Shown: piece by piece, positions 9,221 through 18,000 of the stretch
Layout of the letters: every line of letters starts with the position of its first letter
Numbering within the stretch: the first letter of the stretch is position 1
Source: Shewanella sp. GD04112
Lineage (GTDB): Bacteria; Pseudomonadota; Gammaproteobacteria; Enterobacterales; Shewanellaceae
NCBI RefSeq assembly: GCF_029835735.1
Contig: NZ_JAOEAL010000001.1
Span: 2,470,530-2,502,529 of the forward strand
Length of the DNA stretch: 32,000 bases
Direction: 5' to 3'
Translations under genes and position numbers: made by a program
The notes under the pieces: model-generated
What the model was told of the DNA's origin: nothing
Databases searched by the model: none
Seen by the model: only the letters and a program-made list of their open reading frames with translations

Positions 9221-10120
9221 ATGAAGATGGCCAGCGATATCCCGTTAAGTTTTGTTGATAAATCCCCCTTAGCATTAAAACCGCTAAAAGCGGCACATCC
9301 TGAGAAAATTTATCAGCATAGAGCACGTCGTTTAGCACAATTAGCGCAGGATTCTCCGCTGGCGGATTATCTCAAGCTCTGCCAAATCCTAGTGTCGACG
9401 CAGCAAAAACTTGCGGCAACGGATATGGGCCCAGTACCAATGATTGACGCTGAGGTGCCATATCCGTTGTCCCTAAGCCAAACTCAAACGGCTCAGGATT
9501 GGTTAAAAGCATTGCAAGCATTGCTAACAAAATTGGTATCTCAAGTGCCCACGCATTTAGTGCCTGTTCTACAGGAGTTACAACAGCAGTCGCCAACTCA
9601 ATTGCTAGAGTGGGGCACTCAACTGAGGCAAGGGGAGTTTAGTGCCGTGCCTGCGCAGTACAGCCTATTTATTTGGGCGGGATTGTCCTTGTATTGGTCA
9701 CACTGGGCCCCCATGGTGATTGCACGAATGGATGTGAATAAGGTTAAACAGTCTAGCCTTTGCCCGGTGTGCGGCAGTCATCCCGTCGCCAGCATGATTG
9801 TCGATGAGCCACGGGAAGGGCTGCGCTATCTGCATTGCAGTCTGTGTGAAAGCGAGTGGCACTATGTGCGCGCCCATTGTACCTGCTGCGAGCAATCCCG
9901 GGAGATGTCAATTTGGTCGTTTGATGACCATAAGGCAGCCGTGCGGATTGAGAGCTGCGAGGCGTGCAAGGGATACACTAAGATGTTGTTTACCAACCGT
10001 TTGCCATTGTTAGATGCGGCAGCGGACGATATCGCATCGATGGGATTGGATGCCGAGCTCAATGCAAAGGGCTATGGTGCCACAACGGTAAATCCACTGT
10101 TACTTGCACATGAAGCCTAA
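9221..10120 (+). CDS. fdhE: Formate dehydrogenase accessory/maturation protein FdhE
   Basis: C-terminal rubredoxin-like cysteine pairs CPVCGS..LRYLHCSLCESEWHYVR..CTCCEQS...ESCEACKGYTK are typical of FdhE, and it sits in the conserved position after fdnI. Confidence 0.85.
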   Translation: MKMASDIPLSFVDKSPLALKPLKAAHPEKIYQHRARRLAQLAQDSPLADYLKLCQILVSTQQKLAATDMGPVPMIDAEVPYPLSLSQTQTAQDWLKALQALLTKLVSQVPTHLVPVLQELQQQSPTQLLEWGTQLRQGEFSAVPAQYSLFIWAGLSLYWSHWAPMVIARMDVNKVKQSSLCPVCGSHPVASMIVDEPREGLRYLHCSLCESEWHYVRAHCTCCEQSREMSIWSFDDHKAAVRIESCEACKGYTKMLFTNRLPLLDAAADDIASMGLDAELNAKGYGATTVNPLLLAHEA

Positions 10121-10173
10121 ATAGTAAAAAGGATTAATAAACAAGGCCATGGATGGTTTTGATACTGTATGTT

Positions 10174-10205
10174 CCATTCGGTCACCACTTAGTGTGACCG
10201 AATGG
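10174..10205 (+). terminator. Perfect 12-bp stem hairpin downstream of fdhE (terminator-like, no T tract)
   Basis: ccattcggtcac (10174-10185), 8-nt loop, gtgaccgaatgg (10194-10205). It is followed by tcatcg rather than a U run. Confidence 0.4.
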
Positions 10206-10430
10206 TCATCGACTGTGATATCAAACTAACTGATTCAAATCTTATTCGTGCGCTACGTGAAATCTGCAAAACTTGCAGGGGCAATCTTGCCAAATATTCA
10301 CGTAGGAACGCCTTGAAAATAGCGTAGAAGTAACCCATCAAATGTATCTATCCCTTGATTAAACAAAAATCAACGGTAAGCGCTAAACGAGGACAATCTT
10401 AACCCTTTATTGGGCGGACAATTAGACGCA

Positions 10431-10457
10431 TGAAAATTCTCACCGAGAATCAGAATG
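10431..10457 (+). repeat. Left terminal inverted repeat (IR-L) of the about 16.5-kb accessory segment
   Basis: TGAAAATTCTCACCGAGAATCAGAATG compared with the reverse complement of 26882-26908, TGACAATTCTCACTGAGAATCAGAATG, is 25/27 identical. It starts with TG and is preceded by CGCA (10427-10430). Confidence 0.8.
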
Positions 10458-10537
10458 AGCCTTCAATAAAATCAGATAGTTATACCTCTATTTCAGAATG
10501 CATCAAAACGAAGATTCTCACATAAATCAGAATGAGC
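10436..10537 (+). repeat. Sub-terminal direct repeats of an about 24-bp unit (ATTCTCAC-N4/5-ATCAGAATGAGC), plus partial copies
   Basis: Copy 1 is 10436-10460 (attctcaccgagaatcagaatgagc). Copy 2 is 10514-10537 (attctcacataaatcagaatgagc). Partial copies are aaaatcagatagt (about 10468) and tttcagaatgcat (about 10491). Confidence 0.8.
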
Positions 10538-11068
10538 TATATATTTATATTAACTATCTGAAATTTCTATATTTATTTTAAAAAGTGGTGCAGGCCGTTA
10601 TAGATAAACCCACATAGGTAACGTTTTCAATGAAGTGACTGACCACAAGATTGAGTAGATGCTATTGGCAATACCTTTCCATTATGCCCCCTTCATCCGT
10701 AAAAAAAACAACTGTCTGGACACCGACATTTTTATTACAAAATTTCTCCGTTTTTTTGTTAAATCAATGCAAAAGTTTCAGTATTTTTGTCCAAATATTG
10801 TTGGTTATTATCCAAAATTCATAAATGTAAGGTTAGTATCAGATTGATATTAACTTATTGTTTTAAATGGGTTCCTGAGCAATTTCGTACCCTTTGCTAA
10901 ATTCATATCCTGTTCGTCTTAGAGCATTGGAATCTAGAATGAGTGCCCAACCAAAATATGAATGGTCCATCTATGAAAATTAGCGACTGGCTGCCCGATT
11001 GATAGAACACTTATCCATGTCTTTTTCGTTGCTCTACACCGAACAGTGGCGATTCAAAGGAGGTTATT

Positions 11069-11239
11069 ATGGCTAAATCACTGAACGAACTTAGAAAGAG
11101 GCTTAAGCCACAAGTGCAATTGGCTGCTAGAGCTAAAGCAGAAGAAATTCTCGCTGAAATGAGCATGAAAGATGTGACTAAATCGCGTGGTCATAATGAG
11201 GCTACTGTCGAATTTCTGATTCCAGAAAGAAAAAATTAG
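11069..11239 (+). pseudogene. Short XRE/HigA-like antitoxin N-terminal fragment (56 codons)
   Basis: Strong SD aaggaggttattATG. MAKSLNELRKRLKPQVQLAARAKAEEILAEM resembles the N-terminal leader of HTH antitoxins, but the ORF stops before any HTH could be encoded. Confidence 0.35.
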
Positions 11240-11399
11240 TGGCAAAAGAAATGGATAAAACTAGGTAGCGAAGTAGTGGTGATTCAACCAACTTGAAATT
11301 AATTTGCCCCTTTCTTTGTTTCGCATGACCAAGTTAGCTCAGCTTGGTATTGAACCGTTGACCTAATTTTAGTAATGCTACAAGTGCCTACTGTTCTAG

Positions 11400-11812
11400 A
11401 GGCTAACCAGAGTCCCCGATAGAGGTCAATAAAATCGATCATTTCTGGGGTTTGCAATCTAGCACCGCGACTGCGAAAAAAGCCGCTGCCTTCTTCAAAA
11501 TTTCGTTAGCTTGTTTTAGCTCTCAGTTTTTACGTTTAAGCTCTTTAAGCCTGGTGGCCGTATCAGTTGTGACTCCAGTTTTCTCTCCAGAGGGCGGTTC
11601 CATTTTGTTAACCCATACTCGAAGGCTTTCTGGGGTACAACCGATCTTTGAAGCGATAGACTTGATAGCAGACCACCGAGATGGGTGCTCACGCTCTGCT
11701 GTTAAAACCATACGAACCGCACGTTCGCTGACTTCTGGGGAATAAGTAATTCTTTTTCTCATTGGCTAATTCTCTCAAGAAAGTTAGCCTCCGACAAACT
11801 AGGATCAATTCA
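11400..11812 (-). mobile_element. IS3-family remnant (left IR, orfA, first codons of orfB); inner (left-hand) boundary uncertain
   Basis: The minus-strand terminus TGAATTGATCC ends at 11812. It is followed by orfA and an ATGA-overlapping orfB start (MIDFIDLYRG..) at 11442. Recognisable transposase sequence fades near 11400. Confidence 0.6.
11436..11762 (-). pseudogene. IS3/IS911-type orfA (HTH transposase subunit) with an in-frame TGA
   Basis: MRKRITYSPEVSERAVRMVL...LKELKRKN-TGA(11520-11522)-ELKQANEILKKAAAFFA.. continues in the same frame, giving the typical IS3 OrfA leucine-zipper tail. Confidence 0.65.
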
Positions 11813-11866
11813 TCCTCCACGCTTTTTTACTCAGTTTGTTTTCACAAGCCGTAGTGGAGTTATGAA

Positions 11867-12733
11867 TCACAAGATCCACCGTTTTAAACTATGTGGCTGA
11901 GCGACCGTGAGCTGGTTAGCTTGAGGTGAAGATTTCAGCTTTTTTGTGTCAAGGCATATGTTTAGGCGTTTTACGTAATACTTAATCAAAGCTCTTCTGC
12001 AAGATACGAAAAACTGTGCTTCAAGCATCCCATAGTCTGCTTTTACAACCAGTTGCTGTTCTTGAGTAAGAAAGGGGTTCGTTGTGATTTCGAAAGTTTC
12101 TTCGATGTTCCAATCGTCATCATCTTCTTTGGTCAAAGAAGACTTATCGAGGATTTCAGGTTCATTCCTGAATCGGCTTAGAACAAAGTCTCGAAATCCC
12201 TTCTTCTCTTCACAGTAAGCTCGTACGTGCCATCTAAAACCATCGAAAACAAGGGTGTGCGGTGCAATGTTTCTTCCTCGCTCAGAAGGGTGCTCTAACG
12301 AAACATAGTCAACATCAACACATCGCTGCTCTCTTGCTGCTTGAAGCAAACGCCTAACGATAATTGGTGCAACATGGCGGTCAGGTACACTGAGCACGAT
12401 CGAGTTTGCTTGCCCTAGCCCTTGAAGGTCAAAACCATCAATATTTTCGTTAGTGTATTTGTTTAATAGAGACAGGTACTCGTTTGGCGTTCCCTGCGTA
12501 AAACGTGGTTTAAAGTCATTAGTGGGTCTATAGCCTTTAATCCCCCGGTCATGAACAAGCGGAGGTATTTCGAAAAGCTTCTGATAGTTAGCAATGTCTC
12601 TCGATGCTTGCTGCCGCCCGATGTTGAATGAATTGCAAAGATGATTGGTTGTGAGCCTGCCTTCCCAAAGGGCAACGATTTCAATGAGTCGAAATCTAAG
12701 AAGCTGCTCCCATTTAACGTCAGCGGTAACCAT
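11867..12733 (-). CDS. WYL-domain transcriptional regulator (N-terminal HTH + WYL), divergent from the muk/jet-like operon
   Basis: N-terminus: W.QLLRFRLIEIVALWEGRLTTNHLCNSFNIGRQQASRDIANY, an HTH. WYL core: RNIAPHTLVFDGFRWHVRAYCEEKKGFRDFVLSRF. The ATG at 12733 is preferred, because the 26-codon hydrophobic extension to 12811 would cover the promoter region. Confidence 0.75.
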   Translation of the reverse strand: MVTADVKWEQLLRFRLIEIVALWEGRLTTNHLCNSFNIGRQQASRDIANYQKLFEIPPLVHDRGIKGYRPTNDFKPRFTQGTPNEYLSLLNKYTNENIDGFDLQGLGQANSIVLSVPDRHVAPIIVRRLLQAAREQRCVDVDYVSLEHPSERGRNIAPHTLVFDGFRWHVRAYCEEKKGFRDFVLSRFRNEPEILDKSSLTKEDDDDWNIEETFEITTNPFLTQEQQLVVKADYGMLEAQFFVSCRRALIKYYVKRLNICLDTKKLKSSPQANQLTVAQPHSLKRWIL

Positions 12734-12759
12734 GTAATGCCTGTTTTTGCTACATGTTA

Positions 12760-12808
12760 ATGTATACAGACTATACATCAATAAAAACCACAAGTATATT
12801 GGGTATAC
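12760..12808. promoter_or_regulatory. Two GTATAC-containing palindromes in the divergent promoter region (candidate operators)
   Basis: ATGTATAcagacTATACAT (12760-12778) and GTATAttgggTATAC (12794-12808). Both lie between the WYL gene start (12733) and the operon start (12910). Confidence 0.4.
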
Positions 12809-12909
12809 CACTTACCAAACTCAACTTACTAAATTTGCGATAGAAAAATTGGTATTCGAGAAACATGGTAAAAATAGTGATCTAAAACGAGGAGCTTGCG
12901 CAGTTTCCT

Positions 12910-14241
12910 ATGTTCCAAACAGAAAGACTATCAGCTCTTTTAAACCAGGTTCGAATGAACGAGCCTGCATTACACATTGAGCCAAACGAATACCTTTATT
13001 TGGCAGCCATGAGCTTATGGAATGTAAACGACGATGACGATTACCGACTTGTCGACCCAGGATATAAGGAGGAACAGTGCAACGAAATATTCTCCTACGT
13101 TGACAGGTGGCTGGGTCAAGACGACATCACCTCATTCCGGACAAGTAATTTTCTAAAACGAGCTGTTGAACAGGGCCTCGTAATGCAGGCCGGAAGCTCG
13201 TTAAGAAACGCTGATGGCTTCTATCGACTTACTCAGCTGAGTCACGACCTCCTCAAGCCCTTTACCGGCGACACATTGATACAGAAAGAGTCACTTTCTC
13301 AGAGATATGTACGGTTGGAGATCTTGCTTGGGAACCTACTCGTCTTGAAGATAGAGGATGACGAAGAGTGGGCTAATGAGATTAAGGCTCAGCTACCTTC
13401 ATTTAGGGACCTTCTCGATGGTATTAACAAAAACCAGGAGGCCTTAATAAAAGGGTTTCAGCTTCAACGCAGCTCGATCCAGTCAGCAGCCAGCGGCTCT
13501 CTTGCGCAACAAATGCAGCACTTGATTGAGTTAATTGACGAGATTGCAGGCCAAATAAGGGACCTAAAATCGTTGATACTGAATGGGGCGGACAATGTGC
13601 TTTCTCTACTTCATGAAATCAAAGAGATGGCACATAACAGAAATGCTCCGATCAGACTTACCAATGCTATGGCTGATATTCATGACCAGCTGGATTCTAT
13701 TCGTCAGTTCTCTGGGCACTCTCTTCTGGAGCTAGCAGAGTTCTTTGAGCAAGTTTTATCCACTATCCGCCTAAAAATCACCCTAGATCCAAACGCGAAT
13801 CTCAATTTATTGATTGAAAAAGCAGTCCTGCAAATGGATCGGATGCCTTGGTCAATCTCTATTCTTGCGCCAGATCCTGTTGTGGAGCTCAGGGATTGGG
13901 AGGCTCCGCCTCCACCTTTGGAAAACGAACTGCCAAATGATGGCGACCCTGAAGTCATCCTTAGAAAGACCCCTAGCGACTACCTAGAAAAATTAGCTAA
14001 GGGACTCGTTGCGAGAATGTATGAGAGCGATAACGAGGTCGATATTTCAAAAGTTGCCGACCAGATCCTTTCCAATGAAGAGTTTCAATATAAAGACCGC
14101 CATCGGTTGCTGTTTTTCATCTTCGATGAGTTGATAAAAAACGGAGATTGGACACGCCCTGCCTATCACCCTGAGTGGGTACAATTAGCACACGATAATA
14201 ACGTTGAAATTGAACAACAGTGGTTCAAAAAATATGACTGA
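12910..14241 (+). CDS. jetA: MukF-like kleisin (JetA/MksF-class) subunit
   Basis: 443 aa; E. coli MukF is about 440 aa. The N-terminal winged-helix region ..FLKRAVEQGLVMQAGSSLRNADGFYRLTQLS.. resembles MukF ..[30 protein letters not shown]... There is an acidic/proline linker (WEAPPPPLENELPNDGDPE). The C-terminus EWVQLAHDNNVEIEQQWFKKYD resembles MukF [20 protein letters not shown]. The E. coli strings are from memory. Confidence 0.7.
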   Translation: MFQTERLSALLNQVRMNEPALHIEPNEYLYLAAMSLWNVNDDDDYRLVDPGYKEEQCNEIFSYVDRWLGQDDITSFRTSNFLKRAVEQGLVMQAGSSLRNADGFYRLTQLSHDLLKPFTGDTLIQKESLSQRYVRLEILLGNLLVLKIEDDEEWANEIKAQLPSFRDLLDGINKNQEALIKGFQLQRSSIQSAASGSLAQQMQHLIELIDEIAGQIRDLKSLILNGADNVLSLLHEIKEMAHNRNAPIRLTNAMADIHDQLDSIRQFSGHSLLELAEFFEQVLSTIRLKITLDPNANLNLLIEKAVLQMDRMPWSISILAPDPVVELRDWEAPPPPLENELPNDGDPEVILRKTPSDYLEKLAKGLVARMYESDNEVDISKVADQILSNEEFQYKDRHRLLFFIFDELIKNGDWTRPAYHPEWVQLAHDNNVEIEQQWFKKYD

Positions 14242-15016
14242 TCATCTATTTACACACGCTCAAGACTCAAAGAAACAGTACCTTACACTAGATGATGTAA
14301 TTGATGACCCCCTATTCGCGGATGTAGATTATCGCCTTAGGGGCGGGGTAAACATTACTAGTGAAGATGACCGGTTACATACCTTTCTAGGAGAGACGGA
14401 GAGTGTGCTTCGCAAGTTTTACGGCAAGTTACACCTGGCTCTAGAAGTCACGCCTGAGAAAGTTTATTACCTAAGGCCACAGCGTCGTTCAAATGTTCCT
14501 ACGACCCGATTGAACCAATTAGAAATGGTTATGGGTCTAACGATAGTTGCAATGCAATGGGAAAAAAATGCGACTGATTTCGAATGGATCCCCGTTGATT
14601 TTCTTATTGAACGATTGAAGTCTCAGCTGTCGGACGAACGGTTCGCTGAGTTGTATCGCCGTAAGCCGGGCATTCAGACAGACCATGATGTAGGGCGTGT
14701 GAGAGAGGAAACGTTGAAGAGACTCTCTAGACTGTCACGTCTGAGTTTTATTAGGCTCAACAGAGATGAGCAGACTTTCTGGGCAACTAATGCGATCTAC
14801 AGGTTTATCGAACCTTTGAAAGGCTTGAGCAGCGAAGACGAGTTGCCAGGCCGCATAAGTTCGTTAATCCAAGAGGGTTTTCTTACCGACTCACCTTCGC
14901 CCAGAGAAGAGTTAAGAGACACGCCAAGAACAGAGTCTGAACATTGGTCATCAGAAGGCCTAACTATCGAAGGTGATACTCGCGATATGTTTGATGCGGA
15001 GGAATATGATGCGTAA
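14234..15016 (+). CDS. jetB: MukE-like KITE (JetB/MksE-class) subunit
   Basis: DPLFADVDYRLRGG...FYGKLHLALEVTPEKVYYLRPQRRSNVPTTRLNQLEMVMG parallels E. coli MukE NPLFPALDSALRSG...[40 protein letters not shown] (from memory). It has an acidic C-terminal tail. ATG 14234 overlaps the upstream stop (ATGACTGA). Confidence 0.75.
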   Translation: MTDHLFTHAQDSKKQYLTLDDVIDDPLFADVDYRLRGGVNITSEDDRLHTFLGETESVLRKFYGKLHLALEVTPEKVYYLRPQRRSNVPTTRLNQLEMVMGLTIVAMQWEKNATDFEWIPVDFLIERLKSQLSDERFAELYRRKPGIQTDHDVGRVREETLKRLSRLSRLSFIRLNRDEQTFWATNAIYRFIEPLKGLSSEDELPGRISSLIQEGFLTDSPSPREELRDTPRTESEHWSSEGLTIEGDTRDMFDAEEYDA

Positions 15017-18000
15017 TTACCCATACATAAAGAGCCTGTCGCTTGTGGGCGTCAACGGAGTCTCTGCCAGAACCCTCGATTTAGTTAATCCTCATGAACA
15101 TCAGACTGATAGGCAATATGGCACCGTGGTTAGCCTTTTAGGCAAAAATGGTTCAGGGAAAACGACGCTACTTGGGACCTTTATGTTGGCTCTCTTACCC
15201 GATATTCGCTCGGTCAGTTTGGGAACATCGGATAATTTTACTCAGACGCAGAAGATGCAGGACGCAGAAATGTTTGAGCGCTTGGGTAATCCGTCTCTTA
15301 TTGGGTTAGAGGTTGTATCTCGTGCTGGTGAAAGAGCGCTGTTTATTGTTCGCTCTGAGCGAGAGACGGGGTCCCGCTTGAAGTTTGACACGTTCAGGGT
15401 TGGGTTGTTCGATAGTTTAGCACCACTTGATTTTCTTATCGTTCGTAACGGCAACATGGTTACGCCCAGAACTATAGATGGTATTCGAGATATAGCTGCC
15501 GAGCATGGCTGCCGACTACAAAGCTTCGACAAGATTGATAAATACATGCTGGCGTTGTTTAACGATGGTATTTTGCCCAGAACATTCAACCGTTCTAATG
15601 AGCGTTACCAATTAGGTCAGATTTTTCACAGCGCCATGTCAGGAAAAAGAGATCAAGCTATCGGCCGAGATCTAGCTGATTTCCTAATGACGCACTCAAG
15701 GACAAATATCAAAAGTGTGGTCGATGTGTTGTCTGGAACAATGCGAAAGCTTAGGCAGACAAGAGATGATCTGGCGCACAACTCCAAAGACTATGCGTTT
15801 TTCAAGGAGTTGTTAGAGAAGTCCTTCACTGTATCAGCTAAAGCATGGGCTCAAGCCGAGTACAATTTTTCTCGAGCAGATAAAGAAGCTACATCCTGTC
15901 GACAAGATGTTTCAGAGTGCAAAGTTTCTATTGAGAAGAGTGATCAGGATCTTACGGAGTGTCGTTCGAAACTAGATACAAGCGTTGAGAATAGAACATC
16001 ACTCGAGCAGGAAAGTGAACAGCTAAAGCCAAGACTTGCTTCTGCTGTTGAGGGCGAAATCTTCTACAAGCAGGGTAAACAAGCCTCTGTGAGTCTATTA
16101 AAGAAGGAAGCTCAACTTTACGAGAGTTTGAGTTTGTCCCAGTTGGCTGACGAAGGCGCTGACGCGTCGCGCAACAAAGTTGAACAAGCTAATCAAGATA
16201 TCTTGGATATCCAAGCACAGCTCGCAGATGTGCAAGAACGTTTTATCCTTCTTGAGAAAAAGGCGGGGCAATACCGAAATGCGAAGTCGTTATTAGATAG
16301 CGTCAAGAGCTGGTGTGGCGATAGCTTTGAACTAGCGAAGCTTAAGGGCATGATTGAAGAATACACTGCACAATCCAAACAGCTAGCGCTAGAGGCGGAC
16401 CAGCTGGGAAACAAGCTCAATAGTGCAGAGAATATCAATGAAATTCATGCTAAAGCTGCATCACTGATTCGACGCGCTGGCGATAGCATTGACCCAAACG
16501 TCGCAAAGAATTGGTTTATCTCTACAGAGCTTAGACTCGAAGAGGAACGCCCGCTAGCCGTTAGCCTTGAACAGATGAGAAATGGATTGAGTGCGTTGAA
16601 AAGGAATCATCGTACTGTGAACCGCATGCTTGATCGCTTTAAGCAAGCAAAGTTACCACGCATGCCTTCCAATGAATCTGAGTACCAACAGCTTACGGAA
16701 GACAGAGGAGAAGCTCTTGAGTCGGCGAAGGAGGTGAAAGCGAGTGTCGATGCTAGGTATGAGGACGAGCGACATATCCAGGAAGAGCTAAAGATCGAGG
16801 TTTCACGTCTCAAATCGCTGCGAACAGAGTGGCAAAATTATCAACCTGCGGTTGCACGTTTATATGAATGCTTCCCTGATACTCAATTCACGGCAGAGAT
16901 GTTAGATGGGTTGATTAAAAACACGCAGAGAGAACTCAGGTCATTACGAGAGAATAACTCCCGAATAGAGAGCAATATATTTTCTTTGAAAGAGAGGATC
17001 CTTTCACTCAGCAACAGGGAAACTGGGTCATTGGAAACCCTCCAACGTTTTGCCAGCGATGTTGGCGGAGTGGCCGTAGCGGACTTGTATAGCGATATAC
17101 CGTTAGAAGAAGCTGGATTCACCGAAGCGGCTTTAGGTCAGCTTATGTGCGCTATCGTAGTGAATGACCCGAGCGATGCGGCTAGAACGCTATTAGCTGA
17201 ATATGGTGATAACTGGCCATTACCTGACGTGATCTTAATGACTGTAAAAAACCACAGTCCTGATCAACTACGGAGTGGTGGCTATGACGCGGACCTGTTT
17301 TTTAAAGATCTTAGTCAAGAGTTTGTAGGTGCTGATCTAGACCTTAATCACAACGAAAATGATGTTCCTTGGGTAGTTCTCAGTGAACCCTTTGGCGGTA
17401 TACGTGTTAGCGGGGTGCCTACTGAACCAGTTTTGGGTAAAGAGGCTCGGGATAAGCTGATAGCAGATCTACAAATTGAGTTAAATTCAAAGCAAACTTT
17501 GTTTGACAGTAACGATGAGAATATATCGCTGCTGCAAAGTGGCCTAGAGCAAGCCAATCGAATCAACGTTAATCCCTCATTGGCTTTCGCTGTTGAGCCT
17601 AATGTTGAGCTCAAAAAACAGAAATTACAACAACAAGGTAATAAGGTAGCTGACCTGTACTCTCAAACGTTGCAAGCGACCAATCGCGTAAAAACCTTAG
17701 AACTACAATGCAGTTTGCTTGAACAGCATGCGGATTCAAGTGATTTGCTAGACGTTAACTTCGACAAGGAGATTATGGAAGCAGAGGAACAAATCATACG
17801 TTCTGAAAAGGCTAAAAAGTATGTCGATAGGTACGGCGGTACCTTCTCGCAGATAAAGCAGCAATACCCGAAGATTCGAGAAGATTATCAATCTGACATA
17901 GACACGCTAAAGCGACAACATCAACTCGCTGAACAAGATCTTAGCAATACCAACAACCGCAAGCGCGATTTAACCTCGCTTAACCAAGTGGCGAATCATC

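Noticed and set aside
10229-10256. Possible second, degenerate dif-like site (..cttattcGTGCGCtac..) that would make the island a dif-flanked IMEX
   Set aside because: Only the GTGCGC core of the XerC arm matches, and about 8/19 of the remaining positions agree with the dif at 26948. That is too weak to call without a search or binding test.
10391-10425. GGGCGGACAAT (and a second GGACAAT 20 bp upstream) resembling the Tn7 terminal sequence TGTGGGCGGACAA
   Set aside because: There is no TGT terminus and no tnsABCDE-like genes. The motif lies outside the IR-bounded segment and has no inverted partner at the other end beyond GACAATT. It is treated as a chance or relic match.
10436-10537. CRISPR array or tRNA/tmRNA integration target at the island borders
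   Set aside because: The repeats have only 2-3 copies with irregular spacing and mixed orientation, and no cas genes are present. No cloverleaf-capable or tmRNA-like sequence was seen at either border.
10659-10847. 62-aa ORF in the AT-rich region left of the XRE-like fragment
   Set aside because: It has low-complexity AT-driven codons (F/I/K/N-rich), no SD and no recognisable motif, so it is probably non-coding.
10861-11068. Degraded toxin gene upstream of the XRE-like fragment (..PKYEWSIYEN-stop-RLAARLIEHL..)
   Set aside because: There is only a faint resemblance to Gp49/HigB-type N-termini, interrupted by stops in every frame. It cannot be supported from sequence alone.
12734-12980. The N-terminal extension of the WYL gene to 12811, and the 77-aa plus-strand ORF 12747..12980
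   Set aside because: The extension is a hydrophobic, junk-like 26 aa that would cover the palindromic promoter region. The conserved WYL-regulator N-terminus begins at the ATG at 12733. The plus-strand ORF overlaps the real MukF-like start in another frame.
14204-15005. Longer track starts: TTG 14204 for the MukE-like gene, 14973 for the MukB-like gene, GTG 4661 for fdnG, TTG 19559 for the jetD-like gene, TTG 2185 for EamA
   Set aside because: In each case an ATG a few codons downstream has a better SD and/or gives the N-terminus that aligns with the family. Examples: MMRNYPYIKSLSLV.. against MukB MIERGKFRSLTLI.., and MTMNRRQFFK for the Tat signal.
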